The notes beneath the pieces were generated by a model. The model saw only the letters and a list, made by a program, of their open reading frames with translations, did not search any database and had not been told where the DNA came from. The translations under genes and the position numbers were made by a program. A stretch of DNA of 63,865 nucleotides. Origin: Nemertoderma westbladi (lineage: Eukaryota > Animalia > Xenacoelomorpha). Within the stretch, counting starts at the first letter, position 1; each line of letters starts with the position of its first letter. This document shows positions 12,290-22,780 of this stretch, in pieces. The DNA lies in the NCBI GenBank assembly GCA_032718475.1, contig JAUCBJ010007793.1:1-63865 (forward strand). The letters run 5' to 3'.

Positions 12290-12580
12290 TTTGATTCTAG
12301 AATATGTCTGGGGACACAAGATCCTTAATTCTATGACAATTGTCTTTTTAAGAATATCGGTAAATGCTACGATATCTTAATTGACTAGAATTGTTGAAGG
12401 ATCTGAATTTTACAGATTTTGATTTATTAGATTTGCAAATATTAAATAATTAATATTTGAGATGGGCACCGATTTATTCCAGAACTTGTCTGGGGACGTT
12501 AACCACTGATTCTAAAATTTGTCTTTCAAGTATATCGGTGGGTGCCGCGATATCTTAATCGACTAGAATTGCAGATGGTC
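12290..12580. repeat. Degenerate direct duplication (about 180-bp period) in the BEL1 3' spacer
   Basis: TGTCTGGGGAC..TTGTCTTT..TATCGGT..CGATATCTTAAT.GACTAGAATTG occurs twice. Confidence 0.7.
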
Positions 12581-13122
12581 AAAGGGTTTAACAGATTAAT
12601 TTGCGTTGTACGCTACTGTTAAAGGGACATCACGCTACTATATGTATTATTTAATATACGGTATGAGAGCAATATCGCACGAAGCAATGTCAGTGTGAAG
12701 AGGCAAGTCGTTTCCAAGGTCTACCCAGAGCTTGGTTTAGCCGAGACACGAGGATCTGAACTTTGCATTCCTAATACTCTGCCTACCAATAATACTTGAA
12801 TATAGTAGTGGCTTTATTGTACTTTAATAAGTACGGACATTTCATCTTACTGTAGTCACGTATTTATAATATGATACGGACAGTAAGGAAAGAGAAAAAG
12901 AATTATTTCTTGCCGTCGCATTAAATATAATATATACGTAATTACGTACGCAATAAACACGAATATATTGCACTTATTCTACTAAATAATCGCTAAAATA
13001 ACATTCTACTGAATAAAATTAAAGAAAACGATTATAATAAAATTACATAGTAATACATACAGAAATATAAAAATAATAAAATAATATAAAATAATAGAGT
13101 CACACACCCACTCCATATGTTG

Positions 13123-16100
13123 TTACGTTATGGAGTCCCTAGATGTTTGAAGGATTAGGGAGGTGGTCGTGGGAAGAGAATCTTGCCTTCCACAGTTTCC
13201 GGAGAGTCCTCCATTCCCTTCCGGTAAACACAAACGACCAGCTGGGCGATTGAGTCGCTGCATCCCGAATACAATTCCAGGTTTCCTCTTCGTCCTGGAA
13301 TAGTGACGATAGAAACATCGCTCTAAGTACACGACGGCCTTACAAAGCCGATTCCAGGAGCTATAGTGGTCCGTCGCTCCCTGCAGGAGAGGTGAGAGTC
13401 CCTGCGAGACGTCTGATGTTCCAGAGCTCCAATCGCTCTCTCTGATCTTCATGAAGGATCCACTCGCGGTGGGGAGGTCCAGATCCACGGCGTCGTCCCT
13501 GGCAATATGTAATACCGACAGATCTATCCCGGGTTCAAATAACTCCGCTCCACCCGTCCGGGTTTTAGGTTTAACTTTCTCCGCTCCCTTGGCTGGTCTA
13601 ATCTCAGTCGGAGTAAGATGGGGAGGCCATTCATCCTCCTTACTCAGGAAGTCGGGTTCACCTAACCGGTCTGTAGTATCTGTCAGTTCTTGAGGAGTTG
13701 CTCCTCTGGAAGCGATGTCAGTTGGATTAAACTTCTTGGGGCAATATCTCCATTGATCTACATTGGAGCTAAGATTGTCATTATCTGAGGAGTGTGGTGT
13801 TCCTTCAGTTGGGTCGTCTCCCTCACTAGTATCATCTTCCCATTCACTCACCTGGCGGACGCGATCTTGAAGCAGTCTTTCTCTGAGCGTTCTTCGGGAA
13901 GGTCCAGTAAGGTACCAACCTACTCTAGTTCTTACCGCATAGGTCTGAAGTGGTTGCGGTTGAGCAGGTCGTTTCTCCAATGTCTCCAGCGCCTCATGCG
14001 CGTTTTGGCCGATGAGTATTTGCACTCCAGGATAATCAGTCTGGAATCGAGGTATGTTAAGATGTTGGATGCTCTCATCCTCGTCCCAATTATAAAGGTC
14101 TGCTTGAGTAGTAGCGAAGTTCTTTATAGCCACCATTTTCACTGACCTTATGCTATGTTCTCCTAGTTCGTCCTGGGGGGTGGACAACGCGCCTACATAA
14201 TAATCCGCTGTTACTGTAGATTTCCAAACTTGCATAATGCCTGACATGTTTAGCTTAGTTCGGAACTTGGGTTGTCCAGCAAATATGTCTTCGGCTAGCT
14301 CTTTGTCGATGAATGTTCCTGTGCTACCGGAGTCCAGGAGGGCGTTCACTATATAGCTCTTCTGAGGTCCGTGGACCCGTAACTGGACTACAGGAAATTC
14401 TCGGATTCCTACATTTGAAGTTGGCGCTTTCCAAGATTGTTGTTGATCTGAAGTAGTTAGGGTGAGGTCGCTGTCTGTGTCTTTCTCATACATGAGTGCT
14501 CGATACACTGCGGTGGTGTTTATTAAGTAACAGGATTCGTTTTGGTCGGAGAATTCGTCCGTATAGAATCCTTCCATCTCAGATTGATCAGTGTCGTTCA
14601 CATCACTGAATTGGACATGTAGTTCGGAATCACTCACCTGACTCGGACTATTTCGCTCGAATTCAGTGTGCAACAAGATATGATGTTTCGCACCGCACTT
14701 TGCACACCTTGCGTCGGAGTAACAGGTTCGCCGTTGGTGTCCTCGTCTGAGGCAATTATAACACAACCGCTTATCCCACATGACTTCATGTCTATCCTCG
14801 AGTGATTTCCTCAGGAATTCATCACACACATTCAAACGGTGGGGCCCGTCGCACAGCACACATTTTGGCTTGATGTTACTTACTTTAACCTGTGCTATGT
14901 GGTGCACACTTGTTCTTTCCTCGGGCTTTCTCACCTGAATTCTTTTAGGAGACGTAGGAGGGGTTTTTTGTACCGGTTCCCTTCTGTCATTGGGTCGAGA
15001 CTTGGATTTACTTACCTGATCTTTAGGCATTTTATTGACATAATAAGACCTGTCAGTGTCTTTCCCGCTGTCCTCTCCTTGAGAGGTTTGGCTTTCACCG
15101 TCGTCGGTATAACATACTGGTGTTACCCTTCTCCTAGAAACGGGTTTCTCACTTACCTTACTTTCTGCTGTCTTCTCTCTGGACTGCTTTATGAGCTGTA
15201 ATTTCACTTCGCCATCCAAGAATGTCATGAGATCAGTCATGGTAGGGTCTCGTTGTTGTTGTTCCATCATGTATAACACTTTCTTGTCCCAGCGTGTACC
15301 TACTCCACCCTTCGGTAAAGTAGAAGCCACTGCTCTAATAACCATAGCGCTCTGATACTCATGAGACTTACCTAGCCAATCTAATTGTCTGCAGATCTCC
15401 TGAATTTCATCGGAAAACTCTATAATCCCGCTGCTAATAAACTTTCGGGGCGCTACCAACTTTGCATACAAATACCCAGCTATGTTATTCCTATTACCAT
15501 ACCTGATGTTTAGTGTATCCCAAACTTGTCTTAATCCGTCTGGATGTCCAATAAACTTTAACGCCATTAACTTGGGAGATCCTTCCAAGCACTCTATGAG
15601 GAATCTAAGTTTCTCTCCATTAGATAGTACAGAGTTCTGTATGTTATCTTTGTAATATTCATTAAAAGGTAACCATTTCATCTCATCTCCATTGAACTTG
15701 ACGATCTCTCCAACCTTTACCGCTTGTCGGGCTTCGGTTCTAGCCATTTGGCGTGTAAAACTTTCTTGAGCCATCGTATTATTGAATAGAGAATTATCGG
15801 TATATAAGTTTCTCGGATTATTATCAAGTCTAGATGAGATATCATTATCAACAGGTTTATAATTACCCTTAATAGGGTTTACTATAGGAGTTTCTACTTC
15901 GCTAGCAGTATAGATGCGTGTAGGCTCCACACCTTGCGCATGGGATACTTCAGACCTAACGGGTTGACACATTGTTACAGGGGGTGGTGGTATACCCTTT
16001 TGTGTGTTCACTAATTTATCGCGTTCTAGCGCGATACTTTGCTGCACTTCTTGCAACTCTAGTCTACTTTCCCTTACTGTGCCCTTGAATTGCTGAACAG

Positions 16101-17508
16101 TCTCCTGCATCTGCCCGAGCAGGAGATCCATCCCCCGCCGTCTCTCGTCCACCCATTCGACCGCAGAAGCAGGAATCGCCAACGTTGTAGCGGGCGGACG
16201 AGGGACAACGGGCGACAAATCATGAATATTTCGCTCGGGGTCCAGGACCTGAACTGTCTCCTGGGCAGTTCTACTGGGCACAGGTAGCTTAGTGCTATGC
16301 AGAGGGAATTTAGAGGTAGCTTCAGGGAGCACAGGTGTGTCTATCACCGAAGGGGTGATTTCAAGAACAGGCCTAATTATTTCAGGCTCATCTACTATAG
16401 TAGGGAGTCTTTCTATTTTAATTATTTGGTCTGTGGGTTCTGTACTACCTAAGTTTGTGTTATTTAGTTGCCTTCTAACAGCTGGAGGCAAATCAGGCAA
16501 TTTCTGACGGTGGGATGTTCTTCTACGTCTGCTTAGACGAGATCTATTTCCTTTGCCTTCGGTATCGGTGGTATCGCCTTCCTCAGATGATGTATATCCC
16601 TGTCTTTTGGGAGTAGATCGATTCATCATCTGCATATTACTAGCTGTTAACTGTTTATTTATGCAGTCTTGATTCTCCTGAATGTTTTCCAATTCTAATT
16701 GGGTGATCTCTTCAGCCGCTCTCCGTTCTGCTTCTGCCACCGCTATCTTTCTTTCCGCTTCTGCCGCTGCCACTGCCGCCTTTGCTTCTGCCGCTTTTGC
16801 CTCTGCCGCTGCCGCTGCCGCTGCTATTTTCTTTCTGTCTTCTATAAGTTTTTTCTTTACTTGCTCTTCTTGGACTCTAGTGATGCGGAGGAGTTCATCA
16901 AATTTAGCTTGGTTCGCAGCTAACATTTCCGCATCGATTGCGTCCAGCACAAGCTTGGTTCCTTCACTATTAGGGCTGAGCCCCTCCAGCCTTCTCCTCA
17001 ACTCTTCATCTCCTACAAAGCGTTGATAGTCTGACAGATAGATGTCAATAGCATCCCTCTTATGCGGTTTCTCTGCTGTCACTTCGCTTTCTTCTTGAGA
17101 AAAAGTGGCGTCGGTTGATTCTTCATAGGTTGGCCGCTCATCATAAACCTTATCCGCCATCTTCGCTCCGCGTTCGGGCGTCCGCTCAACAGTATCCGAA
17201 CTACTGGAGCTCTCGGGCCGCTGAGAACTAGGTTCTTGGCTAGGAGGTTGCTGCTGTTTGGCAGCTGCTTCTTGATCCCGCTTAACTTGGGCCCGAGTAC
17301 CGATGATAGACCTACGGCACTTCACTAACTTCGCGAATTGCGAAATTGCTTCTACTAACCTAGGTTCTGACACAGCTACTGTAGGGGTTGTCTTTCTTAC
17401 AGTAGGAGGGGTTTCAGACCTCGGTCTGGGATTCTCTATACTCCTATCTGATAAACAGACTGTTGTTTCTAGGAGACTATCTGACAGAGTTTGCCTTGTG
17501 TCAGACAT
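13123..17508 (-). CDS. BEL1 Gag-protease polyprotein (1461 aa) lacking RT, most of RNase H and integrase
   Basis: Pao gag core (KFNGDEMKW..LSNGEKLRFL), three zinc knuckles (CVLCDGPHRLNVC, CYNCLRRGHQRRTC, CAKCGAKHHILLH) and protease ALLDSGS. It then jumps to WRYCPKKFNPTDIASRG and again to the native C-terminus. Confidence 0.9.
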   Translation of the reverse strand: MSDTRQTLSDSLLETTVCLSDRSIENPRPRSETPPTVRKTTPTVAVSEPRLVEAISQFAKLVKCRRSIIGTRAQVKRDQEAAAKQQQPPSQEPSSQRPESSSSSDTVERTPERGAKMADKVYDERPTYEESTDATFSQEESEVTAEKPHKRDAIDIYLSDYQRFVGDEELRRRLEGLSPNSEGTKLVLDAIDAEMLAANQAKFDELLRITRVQEEQVKKKLIEDRKKIAAAAAAAEAKAAEAKAAVAAAEAERKIAVAEAERRAAEEITQLELENIQENQDCINKQLTASNMQMMNRSTPKRQGYTSSEEGDTTDTEGKGNRSRLSRRRRTSHRQKLPDLPPAVRRQLNNTNLGSTEPTDQIIKIERLPTIVDEPEIIRPVLEITPSVIDTPVLPEATSKFPLHSTKLPVPSRTAQETVQVLDPERNIHDLSPVVPRPPATTLAIPASAVEWVDERRRGMDLLLGQMQETVQQFKGTVRESRLELQEVQQSIALERDKLVNTQKGIPPPPVTMCQPVRSEVSHAQGVEPTRIYTASEVETPIVNPIKGNYKPVDNDISSRLDNNPRNLYTDNSLFNNTMAQESFTRQMARTEARQAVKVGEIVKFNGDEMKWLPFNEYYKDNIQNSVLSNGEKLRFLIECLEGSPKLMALKFIGHPDGLRQVWDTLNIRYGNRNNIAGYLYAKLVAPRKFISSGIIEFSDEIQEICRQLDWLGKSHEYQSAMVIRAVASTLPKGGVGTRWDKKVLYMMEQQQRDPTMTDLMTFLDGEVKLQLIKQSREKTAESKVSEKPVSRRRVTPVCYTDDGESQTSQGEDSGKDTDRSYYVNKMPKDQVSKSKSRPNDRREPVQKTPPTSPKRIQVRKPEERTSVHHIAQVKVSNIKPKCVLCDGPHRLNVCDEFLRKSLEDRHEVMWDKRLCYNCLRRGHQRRTCYSDARCAKCGAKHHILLHTEFERNSPSQVSDSELHVQFSDVNDTDQSEMEGFYTDEFSDQNESCYLINTTAVYRALMYEKDTDSDLTLTTSDQQQSWKAPTSNVGIREFPVVQLRVHGPQKSYIVNALLDSGSTGTFIDKELAEDIFAGQPKFRTKLNMSGIMQVWKSTVTADYYVGALSTPQDELGEHSIRSVKMVAIKNFATTQADLYNWDEDESIQHLNIPRFQTDYPGVQILIGQNAHEALETLEKRPAQPQPLQTYAVRTRVGWYLTGPSRRTLRERLLQDRVRQVSEWEDDTSEGDDPTEGTPHSSDNDNLSSNVDQWRYCPKKFNPTDIASRGATPQELTDTTDRLGEPDFLSKEDEWPPHLTPTEIRPAKGAEKVKPKTRTGGAELFEPGIDLSVLHIARDDAVDLDLPTASGSFMKIRESDWSSGTSDVSQGLSPLLQGATDHYSSWNRLCKAVVYLERCFYRHYSRTKRKPGIVFGMQRLNRPAGRLCLPEGNGGLSGNCGRQDSLPTTTSLILQTSRDSIT

Positions 17509-18854
17509 GTTTGTTTGTACAGTTGGATGCCTACTGCTATATTACAGTCTAAGCAAGTCTAGTAATTCAATATTAACTGTTAGCCTAGTAATTAATTATC
17601 GATACTGCTACTCAGTGTAGCGTGATATATATATAATATATTAGAATATTGGTATGCTTATAGTATATATAACTATATAAGTATTATTACAGACTAGGTT
17701 TATCACAGAATACCGGTATAATTTTAGCACAAATATATAAATATATAATAGGCCTATCGGGAATACCGGTATACAGCTTACAGTTTGTAGTATATATAAG
17801 TATAATTCTGGACTAGAATTAATTATAAAGTACCGGTATAATTTCAGCCTAAATTTATAGAAATAAAGATAATAGGCCTATCGTAAATACCGGTATATCA
17901 ATTATTTTAAATAATTGAATTTCTGAATTTTAGGGTTACTTGGTTACTTTACTTACTTTATTACCGTTATTTGAGCAGTAGTCCAACTGATATTGAGACC
18001 TAATGGTTGTATGGCAGGCCTACTATTTATAAATCGTTTGAGTTGATTTATAATATATATATACCCGTTGAAATGGGTTTTTGTCAATGTTTGAAATAAA
18101 TGTTATTATTTCTGGGGGGAGTCACTACACAGAAGCTGTGTGCTCTCAGTGGAGTGCTACTTGTTGGACACTAAAACAAATAATTCTAATTTACCTAAGT
18201 TACTTAATACTACAAATTACGTACGATTCGGGTTGAGATTACAATCTCTAAATAAACACAAAAATTTACAAAAAACACAAAATACGAAATTTTAGGGTAA
18301 TTTTACAAGAAGTCTACAAACCAGCCTGACAAAGGGTTAGAATCTGGTTATTACAACGGACAGGGTACTACGGTATTTGAAAATAATAAGTAGTAGTAAA
18401 TACACTGCGTTGTCCAGATAGGAAAATACCACCGCCTGACGACCTACAGCCGTATCGCTATAGGTACTACGTTATGTATCACGGAGTGTTCCTACCTAGA
18501 AGTTAATAGAGCTAATCGAACGTGCCTATCAACCACTTTACAACACAATTATAATGCCTACACTAATTACTTTCGGAAAGCACTGTACACTAAACCCTAA
18601 ATTAGGTACGAGTACTTGTACAACATATAATCGGTAGTTAAGAATATACTTGAACAGCTAAAAGAACCACGGCATCTGCTGGAGTGACCGGTGCACAAAA
18701 TCACCAGTCTTTACCTACGCCAAGCAGCCCGTGTAGTACCGGGGTTAATTTAACTATAGCGGTATGTATAACAAACACAATTATTGTAGGAACAAACTTG
18801 GGGAATGAATGTTGCGAATAATCGCATAAACTCTGAATAATAAATATTACACTA

Positions 18855-19410
18855 CGCGTACAGACCACTCAAACAAAATGCAGACCAAATACTGATAGAC
18901 TACTATCAAGCCTAAACAAACTACGGTATATGCAGACTCCAAAATGATTAGTTAGTATGCGTTCTAACCCAGTAGTACGACTTATTCTTTAGATGGGGGT
19001 TTACCTTACAGCGATGGCTGCCCCTACTTCCTAACCGTTCTTTATCGGACAGATGCTTTGCACACACCGAAATTTCCTCAAACCCAACAACAGCCAGACA
19101 ACTATCCAGCCTACAAATTATCTAAATAAATTATACGCTACCCGTACAGACTACATAAACAAAGTACAGACCAAACGCTGGCGGACTCCTATCAGGCCTA
19201 AATAAACCACAGGACATGCAGACTCCAAAATGGTTAAGTAGTATGCGTTCTAACCCAGTAGTACGACTTATTCTTTAGATGGGGGTTTACCTTACCGCTA
19301 TGGCTGCCCCTACTTCCTAACCGTTCTTTATCGGACATACACTCTACATGCACTGCAATCCGTTCAGACCTAATCAACAGTTAGCCAACAGTCAAGCCTA
19401 CAAATTATCT
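18855..19410. repeat. Tandem duplication (about 286-bp unit) in the long BEL1 5' UTR
   Basis: AGTATGCGTTCTAACCCAGTAGTACGACTTATTCTTTAGATGGGGGTTTACCTTAC occurs at about 18955 and 19240. Confidence 0.85.
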
Positions 19411-19677
19411 GTACAATCTGAGCAGGGTTACACGCCTTCTGCTCAATATCAACCTACTAGTAAATAAAACTGACAGAAATAAGTAAACTATACAAAAGAA
19501 TGAGGGGTGATCAATCCCTATTCCCCTGGCAGCCCACAGTATACAATACCACAATCGAATAATACTGCTGTACCTGTACCGTAAGTAAGTACCGGTCCGG
19601 ATGATCAGGCAGTCAGGCCTACTGGTTACCGGTCGACCGGTACTTTCTACTAGATTGCTTACCGCAATCCAGAAGCA

Positions 19678-19688
19678 ATATCCGTTAT
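19678..19688 (-). promoter_or_regulatory. Putative self-priming primer-binding site of BEL1 (ATAACGGATAT)
   Basis: Abuts the 5' LTR, has no TGG, and is the perfect complement of LTR positions 20425-20435. Confidence 0.65.
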
Positions 19689-20878
19689 TGTTCGCGCTTT
19701 CAGACCTTTGGCAGTTTAACCCGCCAAATTAGGATGTCTTCTAGATAATAAATCGCTTTAGCCTCTAACAAGTATTTGATTCACTACACTAGTTGAAACC
19801 AATCTGTGCGCGATCATTCACCCGTTGGATATACCCGGGAGATTGACTTCGAGGGCTTAATCGTATTGCTATGTAAGCCTAATGTATTATTCGACTGACA
19901 GCATTATATAATCTCTGACAATATTATTCACCTTCGGGGAATATTAACAGTTCCTTTAGGACGTGGCGCTCTATCTATATAAACAGAGTTATGACTTAAA
20001 CTACTCACAACGATATGGCTTAGTTACAATTCACATATATGGCGCATTCTTTAGGAAATGCTTCGTTATCAGTCTCACTCATACACAATGCTGCACAATA
20101 CTGCACACTAATCTGCCGATCTTCACTGATTTTAGTCACATATAAAAGGAACACAGACCGACTCATGTAGGGTCTATCAAATAACATTAGATTCACTTCA
20201 AACCACTTTAACATAAGTCGCAATCGTTATATGTAACCTTTCTCTCTTACCTTCGGTATATCAAGAATATTGGGTTTCGGGGTTATTTCTCGTTATTCCA
20301 AATATAATAATTCATCAACAAATATAACGAATAACCGACAGCAAAGCAGTAATGTTAAGTTAAGTTGCACAGTATGGGCCAGTTAACCAGTGTTAACCAG
20401 TGCAGATAACATTGAGTTACCCAGATAACGGATATATGTCCTTATAATTAAGCCTACTAGTGTTAGGCTAAAGCAGAAAAGCACAAAATATTCCAAAGCC
20501 GCTCTTCCTGGCTCAGGACAGAATGATAACACTGCCCATAATGAATTGCGTGATTTCTAGGAAATTTCTGTACAAGAGCCATAAAAATGCTCTGATTGGC
20601 TGACTGAACTAAGAGAGAACAAAGAAACAAAGAAATGTCGACGTGGCAATATCAGCTGTTAGCCGTCGTCATGGTAGCGACACTGTTTTCAAGAGTATCG
20701 AGCTTTTTGCGTCACGAAATTGCGGATTATGTCCTCTAAAGTACAAATACAGAAGAAATGGCTTTTATGTCCTCTAAAACACCAGTACAGCAAGGACACG
20801 GCCTTTTTATGCCTGGTAAACCAACCACAGAGTACTTTACGGGGATAATAACCGGCTAATTACGCAAAAGCTTTTATA
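19689..20878 (-). repeat. 5' LTR of BEL1 (outer terminal TG changed to TA)
   Basis: Near-identical to 8867..10056; ends TTTTATA instead of TTTTACA, followed by the TSD CATTT. Confidence 0.95.
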
Positions 20879-21114
20879 CATTTTTAAAATTTAAGATTCC
20901 CTGATTGTCTCCTATAATTTTAGAGGGTGGGTAAAGTTGCCTTTGAAAATGTGCTATTAAATACCAACTTTGGCCCAAATTGCTATACAGGCTTTACAGA
21001 GAACCTTTATTCAGTTATCAGTTTACAAAGTTGTTCTTTCAGCCCTGTTGTTCTTGCTTGCTGTCTACCAGTACCTCTACCACCCTACTTTATCATATCA
21101 TATCATACTGTATC

Positions 21115-22780
21115 ATGGCTCCAAATTTAAAGAGAAGGAAGTGTGGTGCACGGCAATACCGCCAATATACAAAGGAGAAGCTGGAGGAGGCTTTGGCTAA
21201 AATAGCAGGCAAGGAAATGACGCAACGAGACGCAAGTAGGCACTACAATATTCCTCGATCCACTCTGAAAAATCGAATAAAGAAACGCCACCTTGGAGAA
21301 GTTGGTCATCCGCGCATCTTTTCGGATCAAGAAGAGCAGATATTGGCCGAACGGTTCTGCACTGTATCAGAATATGGATTCCCACTAACGCTAATTGATG
21401 CGCAAGTCATAATACAATCTTACCTCAATCGCCTCGGTCGATAATGTTCCAGGCTATCAATTTATGAGAAGTTTCATAAAGCGGAATAAGTTGACATACA
21501 GATTGACACAGAATATAAAGAGAAAACGAGCTGAGGTCGATAGCAATGTGATCAATAAGTATTTCGACAATCTGGAAGTCGAATTAAAAGACATCCTACC
21601 ATCTAACATCATAAATTATGATGAGACGAATCTTACAGACGATCCGGAGAAAAGGCGATCTATTGTTCGTTGAGGAACAAAGTATCCACAAGCTGTAAAA
21701 GATCACTCAAAATCCTCCACTTCCGTTATGTTTTCAGGTGCAGCTGATGGTCATATATTAAGTCCTTATGTAGTTTACAGGTCTACCCATCTCTTTGATA
21801 CCTGGATTCAAGATGGGTCTCCTGGGACACGATATGGGCGAACTAAGCCCGGTTGGTTCGATGAATTTGTGTTTGCTGACTGGTTCAATACCATTGCTAT
21901 TCCATATTTTAAATCACTTGAGATTGGTTCAATAAAGGTGATGATAGGTGATAATCTATCATCACATCTGAACGAGGATGTTCTTCGGGCATGTAAGAGA
22001 CACAATATTCATTTCGTGTGCCTGCCTTGCAACTCAACACACCTAACTCAACCACTGGATAAGGCCTACTTTGGCCCTATGAAGCGTATCTGGCGCCAGT
22101 TACTCCATGACTGGAAGATGGGTAGATTTGCTGACAGGAAAGGTGAAACACTATCTAAGGAGGAATTCCCGAAGATGTTAAATAGTTTAATTCTGCAAGG
22201 GTGTAAAGAGAACAATGTTCATTCTGGGTTTCGAGCATGTGGAATCTTTCCACTCGATAGGAATGAGGTCTTGAAGTGTTTGCCCCAGGACAGTCCTGAA
22301 CCAGCTGTAGCGGGAGCAGCTGTAGATGGCGCTCTAATCGATCAGCTACAAGAATTGAGAGGGGGTAATGCTCCTAGTCAACCCAGGTGGTCGAAACGTA
22401 CAAGATTGAATGTGGAGGCAGGAAGGAGTGTTGCTGCGCCTGTGTCTAGCAGTGAGAGTGATTCGGAATCGGACTGTAGTCTCCTTGACACTTTGGAAAG
22501 TCTCCTTTCCTATGAAGATGGAGGGCTTACTGAGCCAGCTTGTGAGAATGAGGGGGGAGATGATAGCGCAGAGGGAGAAGATAGTGAGCCTGAGGGGAGC
22601 ATTATAGACGAGAACAAATGTGCTCAGTGTTTGGTACCGTTTGTCCCTCCAGATTATGATCGCACTGTTGGGTGTGATAGTTGTGCTCGTTGGTTCCATA
22701 GAGCCTGCACAGAATCATTCCGTGACTTGATTAATGTCAATATAGCATCGATAGAATTCAATTGTTATCGATGTGTTTAA
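21115..22780 (+). pseudogene. pogo transposase (HTH_psq, CENP-B HTH, DDE_1 DD35D, C-terminal PHD finger), broken by stops and frameshifts
   Basis: YTKEKLEEAL..YNIPRSTL; NYDETNL; GDNLSSH..QPLD with 35 residues between the aspartates; CAQC..CDSCARWFHRAC..CYRC. Confidence 0.9.

Larger units (their letters stand above)
8867..20878 (-). mobile_element. BEL/Pao LTR retrotransposon (BEL1), non-autonomous, recent insertion
   Basis: Two 1190-bp LTRs differing at about 4 positions by eye. 5-bp TSD CATTT (8862-8866 and 20879-20883). PPT-like CTGGGAGCGG at 10057-10066 (minus). Gag-protease ORF of BEL type. Confidence 0.95.
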
